From NCBI GenBank assembly GCA_013239625.1, contig MU053933.1, positions 498,001 to 562,000 on the forward strand: a stretch of 64,000 nt of DNA, written 5' to 3'. Of the stretch, positions 36,190-49,531 are shown one piece after another. Each line of letters begins with the position of its first letter. Positions within the stretch are counted from its first letter, which is position 1. The notes below the pieces were generated by a model. The model did no database searches, was not told the DNA's origin, and saw only the letters and a list, made by a program, of their open reading frames with translations. The stretch comes from Lama guanicoe. Taxonomy: Eukaryota. A program made the translations under genes and the position numbers.

Positions 36190-39100
36190 TGGGTTTTTTT
36201 AAGGTAAAATTTATAAGCAGCAAAATGTATAAAATTTAAGTCTAATCCAAACTTCTATCAAAACAGAGGAAGTTCCCTTGGGCCTTTCCCAGGCCCTACC
36301 CGGCCACTGAGGCAACCCAGTTCTGGTTTTTCTTTCACTATAGATCCTTTTGCCCGTTCTAGACCAGCACGTAAATGCAACTGCACAACCTGTGCTCGTG
36401 TGTAAGGATCTTTCTCTCCACATAACATTCTGAGGGTCACACTGTTGCATGTACTGGGGTGCAGAGCTTTTTCCTGAAGAGCGTCACTCCACTGTATGAA
36501 GATACACCGTTTGTTTATTCATCTGCCTGACGCCAGGCTCCCAGGCTGACTGCGGTGTTTGGCTGGGATGAATAAAGCGACTGTCTTGCATGATCCTTCT
36601 GATGCTTTTACTTCTCTCGGGTACGTCCCTAAGAGTGGGAGTCTGGCTCATGCAGTGGGTGTATATCTGATTTTATAAGACACTGTCACTCATTTTCCCA
36701 AAGTGGTTGGACCATTCCACCTCACAGTGAATGAGAGTTCTCATTGTCCCACGACTGTACCAACAGCTCGGGTTGCCATTGTTTTAAATTTTAGCCGTTC
36801 TGGTGCATGTGTAATGATATTTTGTGATTTATTTGAATTTTCCCAGTTACTAATGATGAACATTTTTTCAGGGTCTTTTTAGACCTTCATGTATTTTCCT
36901 TTGTCAAGTGAAATATTAGATGGATTTTTGCCAGGTAAATATTTGTGTATCAACATTTATTTGCTTAGTCCCATGAGACTAAGGATTCAATATGAAGACT
37001 GTTTCTTAATCCTGACACTGTTAGTTAAAAATAAACAGCTTTTGTACGGCACAGGAAACAATGTTCAATATCTTGTAGTAACCTTTAATGAAAAAGAATA
37101 TGAAAACAAATACATGTGTGAGTATGCATGGCTGGGACATTGTGCTGTGCGCCAGAAACTGACACGTTGTAACTGATGGTACTTCAATTAAAGTAACTAA
37201 CTAATTAAACAAATAAACAAGCTCTTCAAAAATTTAGCTACAGTGAGGTAATTTACAAAGCCAACAACACACTCACTTTAAGTGCACACCCAATAAACAT
37301 GACTCAGGGTAAGATCTGAGGTTCATTTCTCCCCCCTCATATGGACATGATGTCCCAGAACCGCTTGCTGGGAAGACTGTCCCTTCCCCAGTTGAACTTC
37401 CTTGGTATCTTTGTTGAAAATTAACTGAATGAATGTGTGAGGGTGTATTGCTGGATTCTCCATTCTGCTCCATGAGTCTTATGTCTGACTTCACATCAGC
37501 ACAACGGCAGTGCCTAATCACAGTGGTTTTCTAGTGTAAGTCCTCTGATTTCATTTATTTAAATTTTTTTGGCTGATCTAGGTGCTTTGCATTTCTTTAT
37601 GACATTTTATAAACAGCTTAATTTCTACAAGAAAAGGCAGCGAGGAATTTTTGAGAGAGTTTCTATAGAATTAATAGTATTTCTACCCAACATGTTTAGT
37701 AGGAAAAGCAATGTACAGTAGAATTCACCAATGAAGCCATCTGGGATTAGAGTTTTCTTCGAGGAAAAGCTTTTAACTACAAATTGAAGTTCCTGAATAA
37801 ATACAGGAATATTCATGTTATTCATTTATTTTAGTAATTTGTGTTTTGCGAAATTTGTTCAAGTAACTTGTCCCATGTATCGGCATAAGTCGTTCATGAC
37901 ATTCCTTTGTTGTTTTAACGTTTGTAGTGCCTACGGTGATGTCTTCCTTATAATTCCTAGCATTGGTGATTTATGTCTTTTCTGTTTTTTTTATTTCTGG
38001 TTTTTCTGGCTAGACATTTATCAATTACGTTGACCTCTTCAAAGAACTGAGCTATGCTTTCTTTAAATTTTCTGTTCTTTGTTGATTTGTGGTTCATTGA
38101 TTTCCACCTATTATTTCCTTCCTTTTTAACTTGGGTTTAATTCACTGTTGTCTTCCTAGAGTCTTGACTTGTAAACTTAGATCAGTTATTTGAGGCCTTT
38201 GTTCTTTTCTTATATTAAGCACTGAAAACTGTACTTTTCCCTTTAGGTGCTAATTTAGCTGCGTATGATGTGTTAGCTGCATTTGGTATGTTATGATTGC
38301 ATCTTCACTTCATTTAAAACATTTTCTGATTTCCTTTGCGAGTTTTTCTTTGGCCCATGGGCTGTTTAGAAGTGTCACATTTCCAGATATTTAGGAGGTT
38401 TACCACATAACTTTTATGTTATTGGTTTCTAGTTCAATTCTTTTATGGTCAAAGAACAGACATTACATAATTTGAACCACTTGCCATTTATTCTGACTTA
38501 TTTATGGGCTGACACGTGCCCCCTCTGGACGACTGTTTTGTGTGTACTTGGAAAGAATGCACATTGCACTTGCTGGGTGGAGTGTCTGTAACTGTCAGCT
38601 GGGCAGGTGGGTGGGTGCTGTGTTACTGATATTGCCGCTCATTTTGTCTCTACTTGTTCTATCAATTATTGCCAGAGAAGCACTTAAAGTTCCAACTATA
38701 ATTGCTGCTTTCTCTATGTTTCCCTTTAGAACCGCCAGCTTTTCCTTTCCGTGTTCTTGAAGCTCTGTGACGCGATGTGCACACATTTAGGACTGTTGCT
38801 TCCTCATGATGAACTCATTCCACGATCATTCTGAAATCGCACCCTTCACGCCTGGTGGTAGCCCTTGTTCTGAAGTCTATTTCGTCTATATTAATACGGC
38901 TGGTCCCATTAACCTGATGCCTCATATATGCACGGTATATTTTTTTCTGTCCTTTACCTTTAATCCATCCATGTCTTATCTAAAATGGGTTCCTTGTAGA
39001 CACATAAAGTTCTGCCTTTTGATCCACTTTGACAATATGTGCCTTTTCATTGGAATGTTTCATCCCTTATAACTGAGTTATGGTTGGGTTTAAATCTATC

Positions 39101-39200
39101 ATCTTGTTCCCTTTTCCTTTTTTCTTCCCTTGTTTGGATCCGACTGAGTTGGATCATTGAGTATTTTTTTACATTGTGGTAAACTACGCGTAACATGCAT
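36190..39200 (-). mobile_element. Fragmented ancient L1 (L1M-type) 3' UTR and ORF2 remnants
   Basis: Minus-strand remnants such as IIVGTLSASLAIIDRTSR (endonuclease region) and KKTLIPDGFIGEFY (RT-proximal); AT-rich. Confidence 0.75.
37028..37220 (+). mobile_element. Younger camelid/artiodactyl L1 3' end
   Basis: ttttgtacggcacaggaaacaatgttcaatatcttgtagtaacc…gctgtgcgccagaaactgacacgttgtaactga…acttcaatt followed by an A-rich tail. Confidence 0.8.
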
Positions 39201-40487
39201 TTTAATTAAGCACTTTTCAGAACGTCACCCGCCCCCCACTGCTGGCTTATGAGCTGGCTCCCCTGTCTTGCTGCTTCGTGGTCATGCTATTGTTTTTAGT
39301 TTCACGCTAACCTGTCACTGTCTAACCTTCAGAAAACACTGCACCGCTTCTCCTAGAGTGTAGAACCTTGTGCCTGTAGCTGCGTGCTCTCCTTTCCCCA
39401 ACCCTTCCTTTGTCATGGTGTTTCCATACATTTCACTTTGACACACATTAGGAATCCCACAATAAATAAGTGGTCGTCATTTTTGAAAGCAGATCTTTTA
39501 AAAATCACAATTTAAAGAAAAAAACACATTTCAAATAAAAACACACAAAATGTCAGACTAACACAAGGGCATCGCTCCTTCCTCCCGCCTCCAGAGCGTG
39601 CTGCGTGTGCTGTGGTGGCAGCATTTTTATGCTGTTGTTACTTATTTGTCCTTCTCCCGCCTTAGACAATAAAGTCCTTGAGAGCCGAAACAATGTCTAT
39701 TCATCGAATAACCTTAGCGCAGCGCCTGGAGCTTGGAGGAGCTCAACAAGCGTTACTCACTAGTTTCCCAGCTGCCTCACTGGGTGAAGGAAGGACAAGA
39801 CGGCTGAAATACAGATGCTGAGCGGGGATGGGACACGTTCCAGCAGGCAGACAGGTGGATCTGGTGCCTTGTGACTGCTTACACGCATGCTCCTCCCCTC
39901 TGTCCTCACCTCCACCCTCGACCTCCCAGTCAAAACTCGCCAGGCAGGAAGAGGAAAGGATTTCCAAAGCTGGTTTCATAGAGACATGACTTTAAAAGCT
40001 CACTTAGGGTGGAATCTGACTTTTCCGCCTCGCGGGCACCGCTGGGCGGGCGCCGTCGGATACGTCACTGTGTCTGGAGGCCTCAGAGGTGCTTGTGTTG
40101 TGAACACGTGTGACTGGGGTGGGCCTGGGGATGGAGAGCGGATGACTTTGGGGACGTGCTCTGGCCGGCCTGGAGAGTGGCTGCGAGGCTGGTGCCTGCG
40201 GCTCCAGTTCTTGTAGACCTGGGTTCCCCCAACCTCACTGGGGAGACCGAGGCCCAGAGCAGCTTCACGAAATGCAGAGTTCTCTGCAGCTGCACCAGCG
40301 CATGGCCGGCCTGACGGTGTGGACGGTGAAACTGGCTGGGATGTGGGAACATGCCTACAGCTGTGAAGTTTGATCCTGAGAGTTCGCAGAAGTGGTGGGG
40401 CAACCCAGGAGTAGGCAAAGCCCACTGAGGGGTCCTCAGAAAATGACAGTGTGGGACTGTCTCTCTTCTTGCATTTTTTCCCTTATT

Positions 40488-40670
40488 TTTTTTAATTGAA
40501 GTGTAGTCAGTTTACAATGTGGTGTCCATTTCTGGTGTGCAGCAGCATGTTTCAGTCATACATGAACATACATATATTCTCTTTCATATTCTTTTTCATG
40601 ATGAGTTACTACAAGATATTGAATACAGTTCCCTGCGCTGCACAGAAGACACTTGTTGTTCATCTTCTCG
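40488..40670 (-). mobile_element. Camelid-type L1 3' end
   Basis: ttttttaattgaagtgtagtcagtttacaatgt…catacatgaacatacatatattc…caagatattgaatacagttccctg. Confidence 0.82.
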
Positions 40671-42379
40671 CATTTTGACTTCAGGACAGTCAGAGCATTC
40701 GAGATCTTGCCCTGCTTTGCTGAACTTCCTCTCATTTTCTGATCTTTGAAATGTTGGAAGGATTATAAAAACATTAACAAGGTGCTTTAAAGAATTTTCT
40801 ACATAAATAAATAAACCCCCCAAATTAATATTCCCCCCTTCCAGCTAGTTTTAATCTTCTATTAGAGGAAAGAATTTATTTCCAAGAGAGATTTTAAAGC
40901 TACATAAACCTTTTTTTTAAAAGCTAAAGAATTTTCTCTCACATGTGCAATCAAGTTCAACAATCACCCCAATTCATCTTTATGTAGCTCGTAGGGATGA
41001 GCGCTCGCTGATGGTGTGACGGGGGTTGGGGGGACATCACTGCAGAATGAGGCTGTCGGGATTTCAGGCCCAAAGAGAGCCCCGGCCAGCACCCGCCGCC
41101 GCTCACCAGTGCTCTCCCGGTTTTGTCTGTCCTCTGGTACTTGCAGAATAGCTCTCAGTTTCCCCACTCGCTGCACCACAGACTGGAAAGGCCTTTGAGG
41201 AGAAGGTACTGTGCAGGTTTTTGAAGTACTTTTAGCCAAGCTTCCTGTCCAGTGATTCTGGTGGAAAAGGACGAGGCCAGCGGCAGAGGAGGGAGGAGAC
41301 TTGGGGCTCTGTCCCCTCCCCTCCAGCCCCCCTCCTGGCCCGAGCCTTGGGCACTGACTATTTGACAAGCATGACGAATTCCTTCACTGACACATGGGGA
41401 GGTTGTGGCCCAGAGAAGCTCAGTGACTTGTCCAAGGCCCTGCAGTCCCCTGCGGCAGAGCTGGCCTGAACGTGGGGTCTGGGGCAGTGTTGCCTCATTT
41501 TCAGAGCCATGTCCCTCTGTGGTGGCCAGGGAGACAAGGGGCTGACTTGGAAAGTGACTGGCTCCTCTGGCTGTGTGGACAATGGCCTGGCAAGATGCAG
41601 CGCTGGTGACCAGCTGAGTCAGCGGTCAGGACTCCCAGCGTCCTGGGGGCCCAGGGAATGGGACCTCTCTAGGTCAGGGTCCAGGGAAAAAGCCCACCTG
41701 GGTCTGTCTGGGCCCAGCCAGCACGGAGAGCTGCTGACGGGGGCACAGGGACCTCACACCTAACCTCGAGTTCGCACAGAGAGGTCAGTGGATCCGGGGG
41801 GCCCCCAACAGGAAGCGGGTGGGGGTTCTCTCCTCGGGAAACATGCTGTGTGGCCCACTGGGGAGGAAGGCAGCACATCTGCTCCGGGAGAAGTTTTCAG
41901 ATCGTCATCCAAGACCCCACGAGCCCCGCCATGGAAGATAGTGCCAGTACCCCTGCATTTAAAACGTCAGTCTGCCGCCCGAGCTGAGGGTTTTCTGGAA
42001 CCCTGCAGCCTGATTCAGCCAATTCAAACCCTGCGCCGAGAGAGCCAGCCAGGTGTGGTTTTAGAAGTTCCATTAACTCTTCTGAAGTGACAAGGTACCA
42101 TTTAGTAAATTTCTACTCTCTAGTGCTTAGTGCTTTCCTGGCACCTGGGAAAATTAATTTTATCTCATACCACTCTTAGTGTGTGTGAGTGTGTGTGTAT
42201 GTGTGCGTGCGCGCGCGCCCACGTGCGAGAGAGGAGGGGCTGTTGGGGAAATAGTGTGTAACGCAAAGGCTTCCTTGTCCCTATGAAGTGGAGAACAGTC
42301 CTCAGTTCCGTTTCTCTTTGGGGGTGATTATCAGCTCTAATTTCCTTAAAGTGCCATTTTAAAAGCCATTATCATAAAA

Positions 42380-42720
42380 GGCTGTATTACCGAGGACTCC
42401 GCGCTGCGACCACCCCAAACTAGCAGAAGCAAGACAGGACGTCTGCTGGGGCATCGGATTGGGCAGTGCGCCCCGGGGCTCCAGGAGAGCGCTAAGGATG
42501 CCGTGTCTCACGGCCAGGCCGGGGCAGAGACCCGGCCCAGCCCCAGGGCACACACACACACAGCTTTCCCCCTGGCTCCAGGGGCAGAGGTGCAGGAGGG
42601 ACTCTGATTGGCCCAACCGAGTCACATGAGCAGGCCCCAGCCAATCGCTGTGGCCGGGAGGTGGGGCTCTGCTTGTTTAGAGCTGGACCACATGGTGCAA
42701 GACGTCAGCCCTCCCCGGGC
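42380..42720. mobile_element. Old MaLR LTR (MLT1J/K-like)
   Basis: ctctgattggccc…gtcacatg…ccagccaatcgctgtggcc signature. Confidence 0.55.
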
Positions 42721-43009
42721 TGGGTGGAAAGGACCCCTCCCAGGTCCAGAGTCCGTAAACTGAAGAAGGCAGGAAGGCTCCCGGACACACAGCCCACCAG
42801 AGCTCGGGCCTGTGTTTTACTTCCTGCTTTGTCCCTAAAGTCCCCACGGATAGCTCTGTTCTGCCACCCAGTTTTTTCTGAAACAAGGCTAAGCACCAGT
42901 ATAAACGTGTTTATAACACATTTTGTTTCACATAAAAACCTTACCTGCTGACTTCTCTTTTCAATAGTGATTTTTAAAAGATAATGTTGCTCCCTTATTT
43001 TAACAGAGC

Positions 43010-43149
43010 TTTTCCTTTTAGTTTTTAGGTGTTTTTTGAGGGGTAGATAACTAGGTTTATGTACTTACTTTTAGAGGAGGCACGGGGGACTGAACGCAGG
43101 ACCTCAGGCACGCTGAGCACGCGCTCCGCCACTTGAGCTAAACCTCCAG
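43010..43149 (-). mobile_element. tRNA-derived SINE (camelid Vic-1 type)
   Basis: Minus strand reads ggaggtttagctcaagtggcggagcgcgtgctcagcgtgcctgaggtcctgcgttcagtccccc…taaacctagttatctaccc plus an A-rich tail; A-box and B-box remnants are visible. Confidence 0.82.
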
Positions 43150-43363
43150 CTTGTTTGCTGTACTTGTTGCCAGCGCTTGCATTGTATTTAATTAACCTTG
43201 ATTTCTGAGAATTCAGAAACTTAGCCACACCTCCAAGTCGAGAGCTTTACCTCTGGATGCCTTTATGACATATTTTTCTGCCCGCTGTCCTTGCCTATTT
43301 GAATTTAACCTCCCAGAAAAGCTTCTGCAACAGAAGCTACCTGGATATTCCTGCTCTTCCCAG

Positions 43364-43859
43364 TGTTGATGGAAATTCAAGTAGCTATCAAGTTAGGGAA
43401 AAGAAGGGAATTTTATTTGAGCCTAACTGAGGATTGTAACCCAGGAAGCAGATTCTCTGAAGCTCTGAGAGCTGTTCCTCCTCTTAGAAGTCAAAGGCAC
43501 CTTCAGGTACATTTCTGAAACAGGATCGTACATCAAAATGACATAGTGACATTTTACATAAAGTTCACCCAGGATGCACGGTCCAGGTGAGCAGGCACAA
43601 AGTGAGCAGCAGGTCACCATGCCCCCTGCAGAGCTGGGAAAGAGCGCTGTTCTTTTAAGAAGTTACATTGCCAGTGTCAGAAGATAGGGGGAAAAATGAT
43701 CTTTACGGTCAAGCAGGCACCCCCACCTTTGAGGAGGTCCGGTTAGTGTGTCGTGCAGGTGCACGTGAGGGAGGGAAGGGGGGTCCAAACAGGCACAGGG
43801 AGAGAATCATATGTTTAATTTTTCTTGTCTTGCTTGAAAATGGAAACTTTATTTCATCA
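43364..43859 (-). mobile_element. Solo ERV1-class LTR (MER41-like lineage)
   Basis: tgttgatgg…atttcatca termini, ~496 bp, minus-strand AATAAA near 43410; homologous to 19955-20248. Confidence 0.75.
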
Positions 43860-45689
43860 CTGGCACTGTTCTTAAAAATGTCTATATGTTGTCCCCAAAG
43901 CCGTCAAGCCCTTGTTTGCACACGCTCCTCCTGGGCCGTCAGCCTGCTGCAGGGACCTCATGACTGTCCCTCTCACAACTTCTCAGAGCTTCTTGGCTCC
44001 TCATGCTTTCTCTCTGCTGCAATTTAGAGATTTATAATCTGATGCGTTTTTGTAAGAATGACCTCAACTGCAGTTTTGAAGTTGGCTTTGTGGAGTTGTG
44101 ATGAACCGCTTTAGGTCTTCAGAGCTTGGGCCCCTGTCCTTGGTCATTCGGTGATTCCACCTCGTGGCTGCCTCCCTGCACACGAGGGTGTCTAAGTCCT
44201 GTGCATATACCTCCGATACACACCTGACACACTCCCACTTCTTTCTGGAACCAACCCACTGCTCCACCTCACAGACAGTACTTTCTCCTCTGGGCTCCTA
44301 CAAACATTGACGATCAAACACTGGTTCAAGTTTTGTTGTGTTTTGGACACACATGGGCACATGTGTGTGTGTTCACATGCCTGTCACATGCGTTTGTAGA
44401 ACTTAACTGTGAAGGAGCTTGTAAAACTCCAGGCTGGGGACCAAGTACTCCCCAGCTGTAGCCTTCACAGTGTCTGCCTCAGGTGGCAACTTTCATCAGA
44501 GCCGGTGCTCAATCAGCGCTTTTAAATGAACTCAAGACCCAGGTCCTCATTTACTAATGTGTCTTTTCCTTCCCGTGTTCTCTCTCCCGGCTCCGCACGT
44601 CACCCTAACAGGTCACAGCCCACAGTGCCCCACCCAGCAGCCTGCTTTCACATCTTCTCAGCCCAGGGCCACACAGGCAGAGGGGACCAGTGGAACTGAT
44701 TTCATGTTTTTTTCCTGGAACCTCAAAGTGGTGCCTACTTTTAAGGTTCAACATCTGAACTTACAAAACCCAACGACAGCGGGGCATCAGAATCTCTAGA
44801 AGAGCTCAGGGTTCCTGGCGCCTTCCTCCAGAGACACTGTCTCCCCCAAAGTGGAGAAAGATAACCAGGTAACTGGGGAGACACTCCAAAGTCTCCCCAA
44901 GAATTCACAGCGAAACAGGAGAGATGCTATATGATGCTCGTCTGTAAGACAGAGAGCATGGCTGAGAGCTCCCCGGGCTCCTTCCAGCATTCGAGAAGCC
45001 TGACTCGCAGGGGCACAGCCTGTGACATGCAGGGTCGGGAAGAACAGTTCCTAAAAACGGTCCCTCATGTGACGCCGTTCACCCAAACGCCAATTCAGCT
45101 TCTTAGAAACATGGATTTCCTCCAGCAAAATAGCCTGGGTTTCCTTTTAGAAAGCAGGCCATTTTTAAGCAGTTAAAATGTTCTTGGAAACATTTCCACA
45201 TGATTGCATTCGATGCTCCGTGTTAGCATTAAAGCTAAAAATACACCCACTGCTTTTTTTGTTTTTCTCTACTTGCAATTTTGACATCTTTTACACTGAC
45301 ACATTCAAGGAGATGGCATTTGGTGATTAGATCTTCTATTTGGATTAAACACTGCAAGTGTTGTGTTTTTTTTTCTTTCTAAGTTATGGGACATGCATAG
45401 AATAAAAAAAAAATAAGGCTATGAGAATGTCTAAGTGCTGTTAGAGATTGATCGCCGCACAGGACGAGCCCCTTAGTTGAGAGGTGGGTGGCCTGACAGA
45501 CGAAGCCCTGCGCTGCCCCGTGCTGGCCATGTACCTGGACGGCCTGGCTCGTTTCCTTTACAATTAAAGCCTTGTTCCAAAACAAAAAACAAGCAAACAA
45601 ACAAAAAAATGGGTGGTAGAATGGTTTAGCTTTAAAAGGGCCATGTTGTAGAGCATAGGTGTCTTCAAATTCACCGAATGCTGCCAAAT

Positions 45690-46260
45690 GGCCCTGCAAA
45701 GTGGTTGTACCGTTTTGTACCCCGTGAACACGGGCTAGGAAACCCGTTTCTCCACATGCTTGGGGACACCTGTCACCTGTGGACTCAGAATGTTTGTCAG
45801 TCTGATGAGTGTGCAGTGGAATTTCATTGCTTTACTTTGTAGTTCATGTTGACGGACAAACCTGAGCATCTTTTCATGTGCTTACTGAATGCTTGAGTGT
45901 TTTCTGTGAATTTCTTGTTCACCTACTTTGCACATTTTAAATGTTAGATTGTTTGGGGTTTTTTTCCCCCGTTAGTTTGTAGGATTTCTTTAGCTAGTCC
46001 ACGTGGCCCTTTGGTTGGTTTGCACATATGTAGTTTCCTAGAACAATCTTACTGTAAAACTTACACTGAGATCTTAAAATAAACTGTATGGTAGCCCTTC
46101 TTTTTCTATTGTTTGAAACATTTTGTATAAGATGATGAACTATTTCTTGAATATTTGAAAAACATTCACCTGAAATACTTGAACATTTGATAAATTTCAC
46201 CTGAAAAGCTGTCTGGGATAACTTGGAAGGTGGGAAAATAAAACCACCGATTCAATCTAT
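45690..46260 (-). mobile_element. Ancient L1 (L1ME-like) fragments
   Basis: caaagtggttgtacc…gagcatcttttcatgtgcttact…tctgtgaatt and aaaacattcacctg motifs. Confidence 0.6.
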
Positions 46261-47174
46261 GAATCTAAATTTAAATTTAAATCTGAATTTAACTACCTCT
46301 GCTATAGCATTCTGGCTATTGGTTTTGTTGTATGAGTTTTTATGAAGAACTCACTTTGTCAATTTGCTGCAGGGACGGCTGGGCCCTCCTGCACCCTGTT
46401 CTGGCTGGCCGCCCGCGCCGCCCGCCGCCCACGCCACCCACGCTGCTGGGGCCACCCACGCCGCTGGGGCCCGCGGCTGGGCACTTCTGTTATAATTGCC
46501 TAACTCAAGAGTCAAGGAGGAGAGCATTTACCTTTTGTCAACATTTTTGAAGTGTTTGTATTTTCGGTTGGTAGTTTCATTGCACTGAAGTCTCAGAGTG
46601 TGTTTTGGATGACGACAGTTGAAAAAATTCTTTTGAAACTTAAACAACCCTTCACTTACTGCTCACTAACCTGGTTCCATGTGCGCTTGGAGGAAAGCAC
46701 GCTCTGGTTCTTGGATGCCCACCGCTGGCCATTGCTGTGGGCACTCGGGCTTCAACCTGCCCAGATCTATTAGAGAGTGTAGAATTCTCCCAGACTTTTC
46801 TGGCCAAGAAATGAAGGACTAGGAACACCTGTGTCCCACACACGGAGCTGCTCTGGGCTGAGTGCCGGCTGGGGTCCTGCTGGCATCAGAGAAGACGTGA
46901 CAGATGGGGGGCTGGGAGGGGCTGCGGTGAGGGTCGTCGCCCGGAAGCTGAGGCCGTGGCTGGCGTCAGACGGAGGCTGGGCTGAGCTGAGCTGTGTGCG
47001 AGGCGTCTGGTCCCGCCGTCTTCTGGTTAATTAATGTCTGTTACACATTTATTAGTTTCTTCCCTCTGTTTCCCTTGTGCTTGTTTGCTTGTTCTTTTTC
47101 TAACCTCTTATGTTGGAAATATTTTTTATTATTTTAGCCTCTCACTTTTTCTAACATAAGCTGTGAGTTAAAAA

Positions 47175-47372
47175 AATTTTTTTAATTGAGGTATCAATGC
47201 AGAAAATTATGCAAGTTTCAGGTGTATAACGTGGTGATTCACAGCTTTTAAAGGTTATACTCTATTTATAGTTATTATGAAATCTTGGCTGTATTCCCCG
47301 TGCCGTACAGTATACATCTTGTAGCTTGTGTGTTTTATACACGGTAGTTTGTACCTCTTACTCCCTTACCCC
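47175..47372 (-). mobile_element. L1 3' end fragment
   Basis: tttttaattgaggtat…gtttcaggtgtataacgtggtgattcac…tagtttgtacctctta. Confidence 0.75.
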
Positions 47373-47738
47373 TCAGCATGAAAGTGGAGAGAGCAGTGTA
47401 ACAAGCCACGTGCCCTCCATGCAGCTTTAAGAAGTGTCTGTCTGTCTATTTATTCAAAGAGAAAGACAAAGACAGAGACAGCGAGAGAAAAATAACGGGA
47501 ACATATTGACCAAAGAATACATATTAGCATCAGACGAAATAACATTTAAGGCAAAATCATGAACAGTAATGGAGAGTGTCAGTCCCCAGGCTGCGGTTCA
47601 CTCACAGGACAACCTGACACGCACTCAGCTGTAAGAACCATCAACGAACCATCAACATACCGGTTTTTATTTTCAGCCCTTTTTAAACAGTTAGGTTGAC
47701 TATTGGTTTTTCTATTCTGGAAATTTTTTTTCCCAAAG

Positions 47739-47805
47739 AATCAATCAATCAATCAATCAATCATTCAGTCAGTCAGTCAGTCTGTCTGTCTGTCTATCTA
47801 TCTAT
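47739..47805 (+). repeat. Compound tetranucleotide microsatellite
   Basis: (TCAA)n-TCAT-(TCAG)n-(TCTG)n-(TCTA)n in one register. Confidence 0.9.
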
Positions 47806-49531
47806 TCAATATTTCATTCAATCAACAAATCAACTGATTTGTAACTCAGTAATTCCTACCATTATCTATATTGACCTGCCAGATATAAAGTGTTCTAATT
47901 TTTATTTCATTAATTCCGTCCTTCATTTCCATGAGTTTCAAGTGGCTCTTTTATAGATACATGTTTTGTTTGTTTGTCAGGTCATTTTTTTCTTTTTAAA
48001 CAATTTAAGTGATTTTTTTCATTAATTTCTGCCAGACTATCTGATAAAATAAATTTTATTTGAAGTGAATTCATGTTCCACTGTTGGTTTTGTTGGCTAA
48101 TCATTTGGCCTTTAGGTTTATTTAGGCAAATAAACTATTCAAAGCCATATTTTTTGGTTTTGCTTTGTTTTGGAAAAGGTAAAAGTGTGTGTGTGTGTGT
48201 GAGTGTGTGTGTCTATGCAGAAAAGCAGTGAGGAGCTCCCTCAGTTCAGACACCAGGGACCTACTGGAAAACTGGACCTGAGTTTTTTTTTAAACCTCAG
48301 TGGTTAGAAGGTGGGGGAAAGTGTTTTAAAACCATAAGCAGTGCCTGTGCCCAGAGATGAAGAATTCCTTGGGCAGTCGGTCTCTTGGCTCAGGTGAGCC
48401 TCCCGTGCATGTGATGTGTGTTTGGCTGGTGGCAGGAGGAGGGGAGACGGGGCAGCTGAGGGAGCTGCTGGCGACCCCTGTCCAGGGTGAGCCCGCGTGG
48501 CTTCTTCCAGCCCACAAGGACCCACGGCTACACAAGTCATTCTTCCAAATTAAAACAGTTTAAAACCAAGGGTAATAAAGCCTCAAGCCACAGCACCCCC
48601 TCGTTACCTGAGCGTGCTTTGCCCTTGCTGGGGTTCCCGAGGCTGTAGCCGTGGGCTGGGAAGACTCCACGACGGTCTCTGCCTGACGCCGTGGTCAGCA
48701 GGGTCGTGCTGGGAGCTTGAAGCTGGCCCTGGTGGGAGCACTTACAGCCTGGAGACTGGCAAACCCTGCGAGCCAGCGGTCTCCCCCCTTCCCCGGACCC
48801 CTGCCGACTGCCAGCGTCGGCCATTTTCAGCGCACCGGTGCCTGAGGCTGTAGCGCTCTGGTTTTCCAGCTTGATGAGACCCCACTCAGCCCTCACATCT
48901 GCCTCGTTTTGGTCAGAATAGGAGCTTAGCGATGTAGGTGACGACTCTCCTATTGGAAGGTGAGTGTCTCACCATCTTAAGTGAATAAATGGACAAAGCA
49001 GTCCTTCTGAAACAAAACAAAGCAAAAAACTCCATCTCAAACATTAGAGGAAAAATTGGAGAAAAAGATGCAAAAGAAAAATTGTTTGCCGATTTCTTAG
49101 AAACAAAGATAAGGACAGATCACGGCTCACAGAGGGAGAGCGGAACGTTATCGACCATTCTCTGAATGAAGCTGGGATGAGGTGGCGTTTAGATCAACTG
49201 AGAAATCACAGAGGAAAAAAGGTAGCGAGGGTTGCTTTCATTTGCAAAAAAAAAAAAAAAGAAGAAGAAGAAAACTAGCAGCAAACGCCATGCTCACACA
49301 TCAGGGAAAGGCTGATGGTGTTTACAAGTCAGCGGGCAGCTCTGTGGCCGATAAAATACTTGCTGGACATCCGTCTACCGCCGCAGAACACTTCCGTGTG
49401 AGGAGCAAAGGAAGGTGGCTGGTCTAATTCCACATCTGCCAGAAGAAAGCAACACCTCACAGAAATCGCACGCACACACGCGCACACGCAGTTGCCCGCT
49501 TTACGACTAAAGAGGAAGCTGTGGGAGATGC

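Noticed and set aside
43060..43149. Functional tRNA gene
   Set aside because: The stems and B-box are degraded and it carries a SINE tail.
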